Below, piece by piece: positions 1 to 9,806 of a stretch of 64,000 bases of DNA. Position numbers and translations under genes: made by a program. The notes under the pieces were generated by a model, which was not told the origin of the DNA, did no database searches, and saw only the letters and a program-made list of their open reading frames with translations. How positions within the stretch are numbered: the stretch's first letter is position 1; each line of letters begins with the position of its first letter. The stretch is from contig DEJH01000026.1 of NCBI GenBank assembly GCA_002353275.1, positions 4,122 through 68,121 of the forward strand. The letters are read 5' to 3'. The stretch is from Bacillales bacterium UBA2753. Lineage in GTDB: Bacteria; Bacillota_I; Bacilli_A; RFN20; CAG-826.

Positions 1-93
1 AACGCAATTTATAATGCAACAGGTGTAAGAATTCATTCTTTACCAATCACTCCAGAAAAGATTTTAAAAGGTATTAAAGAACTCAAAAAATAG
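1..93 (+). CDS. 3' end (window-truncated) of a xanthine dehydrogenase/aldehyde oxidase-family molybdopterin-binding subunit
   Basis: Frame 1 reads NAIYNATGVRIHSLPITPEKILKGIKELKK then TAG at 91-93. The NAxxxATGxRxxxLPxTPEKI tail is typical of XDH-family Mo subunits. The next gene starts 2 nt later. Confidence 0.55.
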   Translation, partial: NAIYNATGVRIHSLPITPEKILKGIKELKK

Positions 94-94
94 T

Positions 95-1405
95 ATGTTT
101 GATTTATTTATCAAAAACGGATACGTATATATTGATGGTGAATTTCGTAACGTTAATATCGGAATAACCGGGGAAAAGATTTCATATCTTGGACCTGAAG
201 AATTTTCCGCTAACGAAGTTATTGATGCCAGTAATAGAAAAATCATCCCTGGCTTAATTGATCCACATGTTCATTTTGATTTATATTGTGGAACAATTAC
301 CTCTAGAGATAACTTTTATTACGGTTCTAAAAGCGCGATTTATGGTGGAGTAACCACAATCGTGGATTTCCTAGATCCTAGTAGAAACGCTAAAGAGCTT
401 GAAGAAACTTTTTATGCTAGAAAAAAATTAGCGGAAAACTGTAATGTTGATTATCACTTTCATGCTTGTATTCGTGAACCTGATGGAGATTTAGAAGAAT
501 ATGTCTTAAAAATGAAACAGCTTGGTATGAATACCATTAAGCTTTTTACTACATATTCTGAAACTCATCGAAGAACTTATGATAAAGATATAATTGAGTT
601 ATTAAAACTCTCTAAAAAATATGATTTCCTCGTTTTAGCCCATATTGAAAATGATGAAATGATTAATCGAGACGAATCACTTACTTATGAATCTCTTTCG
701 GAAGCAAGAAATTCAGAAAGTGAGACATCTGAGGCTCTCAAATTATGTGGGTACGCTCGTGAGACCGGTGGTAATTTATATATGGTCCACTGCTCTAGTG
801 GAAACACGATTGAAAGAATCAAAAAAGAATATAAAGATTGTTTAAACAAGAATATTTTTGTTGAATCTTGCCCTCAATATTTCGTGTTTAATAGTTCGGT
901 GTTGAAGGGTAAACAAGGATATCTATTTACTTTTGCTCCTCCTTTAAGAAAAGAAGAAGAAAGAAAACTTTTGATTAATAACTTTAACAATATCTACACA
1001 ATCGGTACTGATCACTGTGCTTTTAATATTGAAGATAAAAAAAGTCACACACTTTTAAAAGGAATGCCGCTAGGAGTAGGAGGAATCGAAACTAGCTTTA
1101 TCGTTATGTATAAATTATTTGGTGATTCAGTAATTGATAAGATGTGCAAAAATGTCGCTAAAATTGAAAGATTTGCCGGCAAAAGTGGTATTTTAGTTGG
1201 AAATTACGCAGATTTAGTTATTCTCAAAAGTGGTTTATATAAGATTGGAAAGCCTCATGGAAATGTTGATTATTCAATCTATGAAGGAATCACTTCTAAC
1301 ATCAAAATTGAATCGACAATCATTCGTGGTCAATTCGCTTTAAAAGATGGCAGATTTATTCGTCATAAAGGTCAATTAATCGACTGTGAGAAAGGGAAAA
1401 AATAA
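95..1405 (+). CDS. cyclic amidohydrolase (D-hydantoinase/dihydropyrimidinase family)
   Basis: 436-aa ORF with amidohydrolase metal-site motifs DPHVHF (HxH), NTIKLF (carboxylated Lys position), HIEN, HCSS and GTDHC. Confidence 0.8.
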   Translation: MFDLFIKNGYVYIDGEFRNVNIGITGEKISYLGPEEFSANEVIDASNRKIIPGLIDPHVHFDLYCGTITSRDNFYYGSKSAIYGGVTTIVDFLDPSRNAKELEETFYARKKLAENCNVDYHFHACIREPDGDLEEYVLKMKQLGMNTIKLFTTYSETHRRTYDKDIIELLKLSKKYDFLVLAHIENDEMINRDESLTYESLSEARNSESETSEALKLCGYARETGGNLYMVHCSSGNTIERIKKEYKDCLNKNIFVESCPQYFVFNSSVLKGKQGYLFTFAPPLRKEEERKLLINNFNNIYTIGTDHCAFNIEDKKSHTLLKGMPLGVGGIETSFIVMYKLFGDSVIDKMCKNVAKIERFAGKSGILVGNYADLVILKSGLYKIGKPHGNVDYSIYEGITSNIKIESTIIRGQFALKDGRFIRHKGQLIDCEKGKK

Positions 1406-2706
1406 TGAAAGCCTTAATTAATGTTCGTATTTATGACTATAAGAATTATATTGAAAACGGCTATGTTGTTTTTGATAAGAAGATTGTTAAAGTAGGTCAA
1501 ATGACCGAATTCAAAAATGAGGGATATTCTCTTATTGATGGAAAAGGACAATTATTACTCCCTAACTTTGTTTGTGCTCACGCTCATATTTATTCAATTT
1601 TTGCTCGTGGGCTTGCTCTTCCTTTCAATCCTAAAAATTTCCAAGAGATTTTAGACCAGATGTGGTGGAAATTAGATTCACAAATTGATAATGAGATTAC
1701 TTATTATTCTGGAATTGCGGCCGGTAGTGAATTCCTCCTTAATGGTGTGACCACGATTATTGATCACCACGTTTCAGGAGCAGAAATAATTGGTTCGCTA
1801 TCTTCTTTAAAGAAAGCTTTATTTAATACATTACATTTACGTTCAATTCTTTGCTTTGAATGTAGTGATCGCTATCCAATCTTAGATTGTATTAAAGAAA
1901 ATATTTCTTTTGCTAATAAGAATCACACTGAATTTACTTCTGGATTATTTGGAATGCACGCTTCTATGTCATTATCTAATGAATCCTATAAATTAATAAG
2001 TAAGAAGATTAAAGATATTCCTCTTCATATTCATGTAGCTGAAAGTAATATGGATGAGATGGATTCATATAATAAATATCACACCAACATCATCTCAAGA
2101 TTAGATAAATATCACCTTATTAATAAAGATTCTTTAATTGTTCATGGAGTGCACATCACTGATGACGAACTTAAGATTGTTAAAGATAGAGAAGCTTATA
2201 TGGTGGTAAATACCACAAGCAATTTAAATAATGCTGTTGGAGTGCCTGATATTAAAAAATATTTAGATTATAAGATCCCAGTTATGATTGGTAATGATGG
2301 GTTATCTTCTTCGATGGCAACAGAATATTTGAATGCTTATTATTTGACTCATTTTAAAAATAATAATCCTACCTCTATGAATTTAGGGGCCATTGTTGAT
2401 ATAATCAATAATGCATATAATTATGTCAGTCGTAGATTGGGGACTAATATTGGTAAAATCGAACCTTCTTTTGTAAGCGATTTTATGCTTTTACCTTATA
2501 CCCCATTTACTGATATGAGTTCTTCTAATGCCTTTGGTCATATCTTCTTTGGTTTATATCCTAATTTCAAACCAGTCGATGTATATGTTGACGGAGTTCG
2601 CTTAGTAAGAAATGGTGAACTCACCTCTAAAAAAGTAAAAGAAGAATTAATTAAATCTCGTGAATATAGTCAAAAACTTTGGAAAAAAGTGAAGGAGTTA
2701 AATTAA
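1405..2706 (+). CDS. ssnA: SsnA-like aminohydrolase (chlorohydrolase/deaminase superfamily)
   Basis: 433-aa ORF whose start overlaps the upstream stop (TAATG). It has the HxH motif CAHAHIYS and HVAES. Size and neighbourhood (hydantoinase, XDH, YgeY, YgeW) fit SsnA. Confidence 0.65.
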   Translation: MKALINVRIYDYKNYIENGYVVFDKKIVKVGQMTEFKNEGYSLIDGKGQLLLPNFVCAHAHIYSIFARGLALPFNPKNFQEILDQMWWKLDSQIDNEITYYSGIAAGSEFLLNGVTTIIDHHVSGAEIIGSLSSLKKALFNTLHLRSILCFECSDRYPILDCIKENISFANKNHTEFTSGLFGMHASMSLSNESYKLISKKIKDIPLHIHVAESNMDEMDSYNKYHTNIISRLDKYHLINKDSLIVHGVHITDDELKIVKDREAYMVVNTTSNLNNAVGVPDIKKYLDYKIPVMIGNDGLSSSMATEYLNAYYLTHFKNNNPTSMNLGAIVDIINNAYNYVSRRLGTNIGKIEPSFVSDFMLLPYTPFTDMSSSNAFGHIFFGLYPNFKPVDVYVDGVRLVRNGELTSKKVKEELIKSREYSQKLWKKVKELN

Positions 2707-3791
2707 TGGATTTAAGTACAAAATTTGATGGATTATACCTAAAGAACCCACTTATGCCAGCAGCAGGACCACTTGTTGGTGATGCTGAAAAAATGCTTTG
2801 GCTTAAAGATCAGGGTTTAGGCGCGCTTGTCGCAAAAACAATTTCTACTAAAGACGCTCATATTCCTCACCCATGTATCATTGGAGAAGGAATGGACAAG
2901 ATTTTCAACTGTGAACTTTGGACCGAATATCCTAAAGAAAAATGGATAAATGAATTCCTTCCAGAATTAAAAGCGAAAAAAGGTGATACTCCTTTAATCA
3001 TTTCAGTTGGTTATACCAAAGAAGATATGGAAGTTCTCATTCCTCTTCTCGATGAATTTGCGGATGCTTTTGAAGTGAGCTGCCACTATGTTGGAACTGA
3101 CCATGAAAAAGTTGCAGAAACTGTTAGAACAATTAGAAAGCACACCAAAAAACCTTTCTATATGAAAATTTCACCACATATTCCAGATCCAGCAGGATTT
3201 GCTCATATCATCAAAGAGAATGGCGCTAATGGTGTGGTTGCTATTAACTCTTTAGGACCAAGCATGGTTATTGATGTAGAAAATCGTAAAATGGCTTGTT
3301 CTAATGACAAAGGATTTGTCTGGATGAGTGGACCAGTTATTAAACCATTAGCTTTAGCTACTGTTTACACTATTAAACAAGCTGAGCCATCCTTAACTGT
3401 TATTGGTGTTGGTGGAGTTGCTTCTGCTAAAGATGTAATTGAATTCTTATTAGCAGGTGCTTCAGCGGTTGGAATGCTTTCTGCTCCTATGTTAAGAGGA
3501 AAAGAATTATATGCAAAAGTTATCGCTGACCTTCCAAAAGAATTAGAAAAATATGGTTTCTCTTCTGTTGAAGAAGTGATTCATACTCAACTTAAAAATG
3601 TCGTTACTTATGAGCATGAAATGCCAAAAGTGGAAGCTCTCAAATGTTCCCACTGTGGATTATGCGCTCGTAACTGCCCATATTTTGCAATTAATATGAA
3701 TTCAGAAAAAGTTCCTGAATTTGATTTAAATATATGCTTTAGATGCGGTCTCTGCGCGTCTAAATGCCCAGTAAAGGCTATCAAATTTTAA
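2706..3791 (+). CDS. PreA-like dihydroorotate/dihydropyrimidine dehydrogenase-family flavoprotein with C-terminal 2x[4Fe-4S] ferredoxin domain
   Basis: Start moved to ATG 2706 (GAAGGAG SD at 2691-2697; overlaps the ssnA stop). It has a DHODH-like barrel (LKNPLMPAAGP...) plus CSHCGLCARNCP and CFRCGLCASKCP motifs. Confidence 0.75.
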   Translation: MDLSTKFDGLYLKNPLMPAAGPLVGDAEKMLWLKDQGLGALVAKTISTKDAHIPHPCIIGEGMDKIFNCELWTEYPKEKWINEFLPELKAKKGDTPLIISVGYTKEDMEVLIPLLDEFADAFEVSCHYVGTDHEKVAETVRTIRKHTKKPFYMKISPHIPDPAGFAHIIKENGANGVVAINSLGPSMVIDVENRKMACSNDKGFVWMSGPVIKPLALATVYTIKQAEPSLTVIGVGGVASAKDVIEFLLAGASAVGMLSAPMLRGKELYAKVIADLPKELEKYGFSSVEEVIHTQLKNVVTYEHEMPKVEALKCSHCGLCARNCPYFAINMNSEKVPEFDLNICFRCGLCASKCPVKAIKF

Positions 3792-3796
3792 TCACA

Positions 3797-5890
3797 ATGC
3801 TACCGAAATATTTAACTTCAGTCAAAAAAGTAGATAACGAAGAAAAGATGTCAGGAATGGCAATTTTTACAGGCGATATTCTCATGGAAGACGCCTACTA
3901 TGCTATCCCTGTTCGTTCTACTATTTCATTTGGAAAGATTTTAGAAATTAAAGTTCCTACATTACCAAAGAACTATTATTTCATTTCTGCTAAAGACATC
4001 ATCAAAGAAAACGTATGCAATATCATCGTTGATGATTGGCCAGTTTTCGCAGATAAAGAAACCCACTATAAAGGTGAAACAATTGGATTAATTGTTGGGC
4101 CAGATAAAAAGAAAGCGATTGAATTATCCAAATTAGTGGAAGTCAAATACGAAGAATATGAACCAGTATATGAGATGAAAAACTCATATGTTCATAAAGA
4201 ATTCGTTAAAGGCGATAAGGAAGTATTTAAGAAAGCTAGTAAAGTTTTCTCTGAAGAATTTGAAACAGGTTATCAAGATCAAATCTATTTAGAACCACAA
4301 GGAATGTTGATGTGGCTTGATGGAGATAAAATCACTGTCAAAGCTTCAATGCAATGCCCTTTCTATATTAAAAAAGCAATCATGAGAACTCTTGGCTATC
4401 CAGAAGATAAAGTGAGAGTTATTCAACCTGCTGTTGGTGGTGCTTTTGGTGGAAAGGAACATTACCCATCTTTGATGGGTGCTCAACTTGCTACCGCAAT
4501 TGTGAAAATCAAAAAACCGATTAAGATGATTTTTGATCGTAAAGAAGATATTACTTTTACCACTAAACGTCATCCTTCAAAAACCAATATAAGTGCTTAT
4601 TTAGATGACAAAGATAATATTTTAGGAGTTAAGATTCATGTTGGAATCGATGGAGGAGCCTATATTGGCTGCTCAATGGTTGTTCTTTCTAGAGCCTTAA
4701 TCGCTGCGACAAATACCTATACTTTTGATAACGTGGAAATTGTTGGTGATGCTTATTGCACTAATAAAATTCCTTCCGCCGCTTTTAGAGGATTTGGATC
4801 TCCTCAATCAATATTTGCAATTGAGCTATTTATTAACCATTTAGCGGACTTTCTACATGTTAATCCTGTTGATTTACGTACAAAATACTTAGTTAAAACC
4901 GGAGATATCACTTCCACTAATGGCGTATTTAGAGACCCAATTATCTTAAAAGATTTAATCGATAAAGCTTTTGAGATGAGTGATTATAAACGCAAAGTAA
5001 AGGAATATTCTAAACCAGGAACATATCGAGGAATTGGTTATTCTACCTTCCTTCATGGATGTGGCTTTACTGGTAGTGGAGAAAGCACAATTATTAATGC
5101 TCAACTTAGAATGAAGAAAGATAAAGATGGTGTAGTTACTTTTTACACATCTCAAGTCGACTTTGGTCAAGGTAATAGAACAACATTAAAAAGAATTGTC
5201 GTTGATACATTAGGCATTCCAGAAGATAAAGTTATTTATGACGCTCCTGATACTGATCAAACTCTTTCTACTGGACCAACTGCTGCTAGTAGAACGATTA
5301 TTATTGTTGGAGGATTAGTAGCTAAAGCTGCTAAACATCTTAAAGAAATCTGGATTGATGGCAAGGAGCAAGAAATTGTTGAACCATATGTCGGCCCTTC
5401 ATATATCAAATGGGATGAAGATACGATGCAAGGAGATGCTTATCCAGGATATGCTTGGGGAGTTAATGTCATCGAAGTTGAAGTTGACCCAATTACATAC
5501 GAAGTATCAATTATTGGAACTTGGTCAACTTATGATGTCGGTCACGCAATCGATGAAAGAATAATCATCGGTCAAGCTGATGGTGGATTAGCTCAAGCTT
5601 TAGGATGGGCCTATTTAGAAAAAGAAGAGGTCTCTGATGGCGAATTTAAACAAACAAGGATGAGTGACTATGTGATTCCAACCTTTGTCGATTTACCAAA
5701 AATGGAGACCGCTCTAATTGATAATCCATTCCCTTATGGTGCTTTCGGCGCTAAAGGAGCGGGCGAACTTACTTTTGTCGGAGGAGCCCCTGCTTTTGCT
5801 ATTGCTTTAGAACAAGCAATTAATCGCAAGGTTCATAAAATCCCAGCGACACCTGAATATATTATGGAGTTAATTGAAAATGGAAATTAA
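3797..5890 (+). CDS. xanthine dehydrogenase-family molybdopterin-binding (large) subunit
   Basis: Long ORF. The N-terminus VKKVDNEEKMSGMAIFTGD fits the VxRVDxxxKVTGxAxYxxD start of Mo subunits, and internal FRGFGSPQ and GAKGAGE motifs are present. Start at ATG 3797 is chosen without a strong SD. Confidence 0.8.
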   Translation: MLPKYLTSVKKVDNEEKMSGMAIFTGDILMEDAYYAIPVRSTISFGKILEIKVPTLPKNYYFISAKDIIKENVCNIIVDDWPVFADKETHYKGETIGLIVGPDKKKAIELSKLVEVKYEEYEPVYEMKNSYVHKEFVKGDKEVFKKASKVFSEEFETGYQDQIYLEPQGMLMWLDGDKITVKASMQCPFYIKKAIMRTLGYPEDKVRVIQPAVGGAFGGKEHYPSLMGAQLATAIVKIKKPIKMIFDRKEDITFTTKRHPSKTNISAYLDDKDNILGVKIHVGIDGGAYIGCSMVVLSRALIAATNTYTFDNVEIVGDAYCTNKIPSAAFRGFGSPQSIFAIELFINHLADFLHVNPVDLRTKYLVKTGDITSTNGVFRDPIILKDLIDKAFEMSDYKRKVKEYSKPGTYRGIGYSTFLHGCGFTGSGESTIINAQLRMKKDKDGVVTFYTSQVDFGQGNRTTLKRIVVDTLGIPEDKVIYDAPDTDQTLSTGPTAASRTIIIVGGLVAKAAKHLKEIWIDGKEQEIVEPYVGPSYIKWDEDTMQGDAYPGYAWGVNVIEVEVDPITYEVSIIGTWSTYDVGHAIDERIIIGQADGGLAQALGWAYLEKEEVSDGEFKQTRMSDYVIPTFVDLPKMETALIDNPFPYGAFGAKGAGELTFVGGAPAFAIALEQAINRKVHKIPATPEYIMELIENGN

Positions 5891-6347
5891 ATTTGTCCTT
5901 AATCATAAACAAGTTGCCATTGATGTTAATCCATCGATGAGACTTTTAGATGTCCTTCGTGATGTCTGTCATTTAACTGGCACTAAAGAAGGATGTGGAG
6001 AAGGTGAATGCGGAGCGTGTACTGTTTTAGTGAATGACGAACCAGTAAACTCTTGCTTAATGCCAATTATTAATGTTTTTGGAAAAGAAGTTATTACTAT
6101 TGAAGGATTTAGAGAAACTAAAGCATATAAAGTTATTTCTTCTGCCTTTGCAGATATGGGCGGTAGCCAATGTGGCTTCTGCACCCCTGGAATGATTTTA
6201 GCGAGTTATGCTGTTTTAAGAAAAAATCCTCATCCAACTGATGAAGAAATTAGAATTGCTTTAAGTGGTAATTTATGTCGATGCACTGGTTATCAAGCAA
6301 TTGTTAACGCTGTGAAATTAGCTAGTGAGAAAGGAGTGAAATTATGA
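5880..6347 (+). CDS. xanthine dehydrogenase-family [2Fe-2S] small subunit
   Basis: CGEGECGACTV and CGFCTPG...CRCTGY cluster motifs. The gene overlaps the upstream gene end. TTG 5874 is an alternative start. Confidence 0.9.
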   Translation: MEIKFVLNHKQVAIDVNPSMRLLDVLRDVCHLTGTKEGCGEGECGACTVLVNDEPVNSCLMPIINVFGKEVITIEGFRETKAYKVISSAFADMGGSQCGFCTPGMILASYAVLRKNPHPTDEEIRIALSGNLCRCTGYQAIVNAVKLASEKGVKL

Positions 6348-7195
6348 TCCATTATTTTGTTCCTTCTTCTTTAAAAGAAGCTCTTAAAATCTTAAATGAA
6401 AATGATTGCTATATCTTTGCTGGTGGCACTGATTTGATGGTCCAAAAACATCTTTCTAGTGGCTTACTCCCTAATTTTGATAAAGATGTACTCTTTATTA
6501 TGAAAATTAATGAACTCAACTATATCGAAAAAGATAATGAAGGAAATATCCATATTGGAGCAACAACAAGATATAACGAAATTGAAGCTTCTTCTTTAAT
6601 TCCAGAAATCTATAAAACTGTGATTAAAGAAATCGCTTCCCCTAATATTCGTAATATGGCCACTTTAGCGGGCAATATCGGTAACGCTTCTCCTGCTGGA
6701 GATAGTTTACTTCCACTTATCTTAAATGACGCGGAAGTCGTATTATCTTCGATTGATGGAGAAAGAATTATCAAGGTTCAAGACTTCATTTTAGGAGTTA
6801 AAAAACTTGATAGAAAACAAAATGAAATCATCAAAGAAATCGTGATTAAACCACAAGAACTCGACTATTTTTATCGTAAAGTGGGTTCAAGAAAAGCGGA
6901 ATCAATCACCAAAGTATCTTTCTTAGGTGGATATAAAATTGAAAAAAATCGACTCGTTGATTTTAGAGTGGCATTTGGTAGTGTTTCTACTAAAGTCGTA
7001 AGAAATCAAGAAGTTGAGAATAAATATATTAATAAGGAATTAAAAGATATAGATATTGATAGTGTAGTTAATGATTACACTAATCTAGTCACCCCGATTA
7101 CTGATCAAAGAAGTAATAAGGAATATCGTCATAAAGTGGCGATGAATCTTCTTAAGAAATTCCTTAAAGAAATTAAAGGAGGTAGAGATGAATAA
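6344..7195 (+). CDS. xanthine dehydrogenase-family FAD-binding subunit
   Basis: 283-aa ORF with an ATGA overlap with the 2Fe-2S gene. It has the FAGGTDL motif and NASPAGDS, typical of the molybdopterin dehydrogenase FAD domain. Confidence 0.85.
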   Translation: MIHYFVPSSLKEALKILNENDCYIFAGGTDLMVQKHLSSGLLPNFDKDVLFIMKINELNYIEKDNEGNIHIGATTRYNEIEASSLIPEIYKTVIKEIASPNIRNMATLAGNIGNASPAGDSLLPLILNDAEVVLSSIDGERIIKVQDFILGVKKLDRKQNEIIKEIVIKPQELDYFYRKVGSRKAESITKVSFLGGYKIEKNRLVDFRVAFGSVSTKVVRNQEVENKYINKELKDIDIDSVVNDYTNLVTPITDQRSNKEYRHKVAMNLLKKFLKEIKGGRDE

Positions 7196-8435
7196 ATATA
7201 TTCTTGGATATCGATGCACGGTATGTGGGAAATTCTTCAAACCAGATGAAGCTAGTCTTACTTGCCCAATCTGTGGGGAAAAAGGAATTCTTGATGTCGA
7301 ATATGATTATGAAGCTTTAAAGAAAGTTTTCACTAAAGAATATTTCGCTAATAATCGTAACTATTCGATGTGGAGATATGCTCCGATGATGGGAATTGAA
7401 GATAAGCACATCGATGAAATGCTGAGAATTGGTTGGACCCCATTAATTAAAAGCAGAAATCTCGCTAAAGAATTTGGATTAAAAGAGCTCTATATTAAAG
7501 ATGATGGTCTTAATCCAAGTGGAAGTAGTAAAGATAGAGCTAGTGGAGTAGCAGTTCTTAAAGCGATTGAAGCTGGAGCAAAAGTTATTGCTTGTTCTTC
7601 TACAGGTAATGCCGCTAGTAGTTGTGCTTGTCACGCTGCCCATATGGGTTTACCTGCCGTCATCTTTGTTCCAAAAAGAGCACCGATTGGTAAATTAACT
7701 CAAATCTCCTTATATGGAGCAACCTTAGTAATAGTTGATGGCGATTATAAAGCGGCCTTCAAATTATCTAAGGAAGCAATTGATAAATATGGTTGGTATA
7801 ACCGTAATGCAGCGATTAACCCATATATGGTTGAAGGAAAGAAAACCGTTTCCTTAGAAATCGCTGAACAACTTAATTTCAAACCTACTGATTGGGTTGC
7901 TATCTCAGTTGGAGATGGCTGTTCCATCGGTGGAGTTTATAAAGGCTTTGCCGAACTACATAAGATGGGCTTGATTGAAAAAGTTCCTCATATCTTAGGA
8001 GTTCAATCGACAGGATGTGAACCATTCGTCATTGCTAGTAAAAAAGGTACTGGCTTAGAAGAATGTGAAGAAAACACTATTGCTGATAGCATTGCCGTTG
8101 GTATCCCTCGTAATCCAATTAAAGCTCTTAGAGCGGTTGAATACTCTAAAGGAGCTTGGATTTCCGTTCCTGACTCAGAGATTATTGAAGCGATGAGTTT
8201 ATTAGGAAAAAATGAAGGAATATTTGCTGAACCTGCCGCTAGCGCCGCTGTTGCAGGTGTAAGAAAAGCAATAAAAGAAGGTGTTATTAAGAAAAATGAA
8301 TCAGTAACCATTATTATTACTGGTAACGGTCTAAAAGATCCTAATAACGCTCAAAAGGCAATCATTAAACCTGATTTAATGGAGCCAAACATTAACAAGT
8401 TAGACATTTACTTAAAAGAAAAAGGAGTAATTTAA
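7188..8435 (+). CDS. threonine synthase-like fold-type-II PLP enzyme with N-terminal 4-Cys zinc ribbon
   Basis: N-terminal CTVCG...CPICG ribbon, the PLP-lysine region NPSGSSKDRAS, and glycine-rich SVGDGCSIGG. Confidence 0.65.
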   Translation: MNKYILGYRCTVCGKFFKPDEASLTCPICGEKGILDVEYDYEALKKVFTKEYFANNRNYSMWRYAPMMGIEDKHIDEMLRIGWTPLIKSRNLAKEFGLKELYIKDDGLNPSGSSKDRASGVAVLKAIEAGAKVIACSSTGNAASSCACHAAHMGLPAVIFVPKRAPIGKLTQISLYGATLVIVDGDYKAAFKLSKEAIDKYGWYNRNAAINPYMVEGKKTVSLEIAEQLNFKPTDWVAISVGDGCSIGGVYKGFAELHKMGLIEKVPHILGVQSTGCEPFVIASKKGTGLEECEENTIADSIAVGIPRNPIKALRAVEYSKGAWISVPDSEIIEAMSLLGKNEGIFAEPAASAAVAGVRKAIKEGVIKKNESVTIIITGNGLKDPNNAQKAIIKPDLMEPNINKLDIYLKEKGVI

Positions 8436-8437
8436 AT

Positions 8438-9805
8438 ATGTCAAAAATCCCATTTGGTCCAACATATGATGAAATGTTGAACCCAAACCACCAAGATCCA
8501 GAAGTGAGAAAGAAAGCGTTAAAAGCGAAAGAGGAAGACGAACTCGATCCAATTAACCTTTTCAACATCACCTGGAAAAATGAGAAAAACGAAGTTAACA
8601 AAATCGTTCTTCCAAAAGCATTAACTGGAGTGGAGGCTAATATTGTTGTCCTATTAGGAAAATATTTCCCAAGCGGATCTCACAAAGTCGGTCCAGCTTA
8701 CTCAACCTTAATCGAAGGATGTGTGGATAAAGAAATTATCCCAGGAAAACACACCATCTTAGGTCCAAGTACTGGTAACTTTGGTATCGGTGTTAGCTAT
8801 ATCACTAACTTAATGAAATATGACGCGATTGTCATTATGCCTGACAATATGTCTAAAGAGAGATATCAAAGAATTCAACGCTATGGAGCAAAACTTGATT
8901 TAACTCCAGGTAGTGAAAGCGATGTTATTCTCACTCTTGAAAGAACATACGAATTAAAGAAAGATCCAAAGAATAGAACTCTCGCTCAATTTGAATTATT
9001 ACCAAACTATCGTTTCCATCGTCACGTTACTGGTAATAGCTGTATCGAAGCTGTTAAAGGAATTGGAAATGAAAGAATTGCGGCTTTCTGTTCTGCTCCA
9101 GGAAGCGCTGGAACTTTAGCTGCTGGAGACCAAATCAAAGTTGTCTTCCCAGAATGTAAAGTTGTTGCCTTAGAACCACACGAATGTTCTACCCTCACCA
9201 ATGGTGGAAGAGGACAACATAGAATTGAAGGTATCGGTGATAAGATGTGTACCTTAATTCATAACGTTTTGACTACTGACTTCATCACTCAAATCGTTGA
9301 TGATGACTGTGTTAGAGGTCTTGAAGTCATCCATGAAGGAACTGATATCTTAGTTAAACACGGTGTGGATAAGAAAGTTGCTAAAGAAATGGTCAACTTA
9401 TTTGGTGTCTCTGGTATTTGTAATATCTTAGGCGCGATTAAGATGGCGAAATATTTAAAACTTGGACCAGATGATAACGTGGTTACAATCGCTACTGATA
9501 GCTTTGACCGTTATGATTCCGTTATTGAGAATTTAAAACAAAGGGAACTCGAAGTTACTCCTAATGTCTTAGATAGATGGTTCTTAGATGTCTTTATGGG
9601 CGCTGATACTTCTAAAATATTAGATACACGTGGTAAAGAAGCTAAAGAAAAACTCTTCGCACAAAAAGAGAAAGACTGGTTTCCATTTGGCTATTCCAAG
9701 AAATATCTCGATAGCATGAAGAAGATGTCTTTCTGGGATGAAGAATACAATAAAATTCATGAATATGATGAAAAAATCAAAGCGATGAGAGGAAAGGAAA
9801 TTTAA
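8438..9805 (+). CDS. cysteine synthase/beta-family (fold-type-II) PLP enzyme with long C-terminal extension
   Basis: 455-aa ORF with a [10 protein letters not shown] lysine motif and [17 protein letters not shown] upstream. Confidence 0.6.
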   Translation: MSKIPFGPTYDEMLNPNHQDPEVRKKALKAKEEDELDPINLFNITWKNEKNEVNKIVLPKALTGVEANIVVLLGKYFPSGSHKVGPAYSTLIEGCVDKEIIPGKHTILGPSTGNFGIGVSYITNLMKYDAIVIMPDNMSKERYQRIQRYGAKLDLTPGSESDVILTLERTYELKKDPKNRTLAQFELLPNYRFHRHVTGNSCIEAVKGIGNERIAAFCSAPGSAGTLAAGDQIKVVFPECKVVALEPHECSTLTNGGRGQHRIEGIGDKMCTLIHNVLTTDFITQIVDDDCVRGLEVIHEGTDILVKHGVDKKVAKEMVNLFGVSGICNILGAIKMAKYLKLGPDDNVVTIATDSFDRYDSVIENLKQRELEVTPNVLDRWFLDVFMGADTSKILDTRGKEAKEKLFAQKEKDWFPFGYSKKYLDSMKKMSFWDEEYNKIHEYDEKIKAMRGKEI

Positions 9806-9806
9806 G

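Noticed and set aside
4346-6184. Short antisense or alternative-frame ORFs within the XDH genes (4346-4573, 4955-5170, 5355-5564, 5969-6184), and similar ones within secY, rpoA, preA, hydA and hydB.
   Set aside because: They are fully nested in strongly supported genes, have no translation signals, and have compositionally biased translations.
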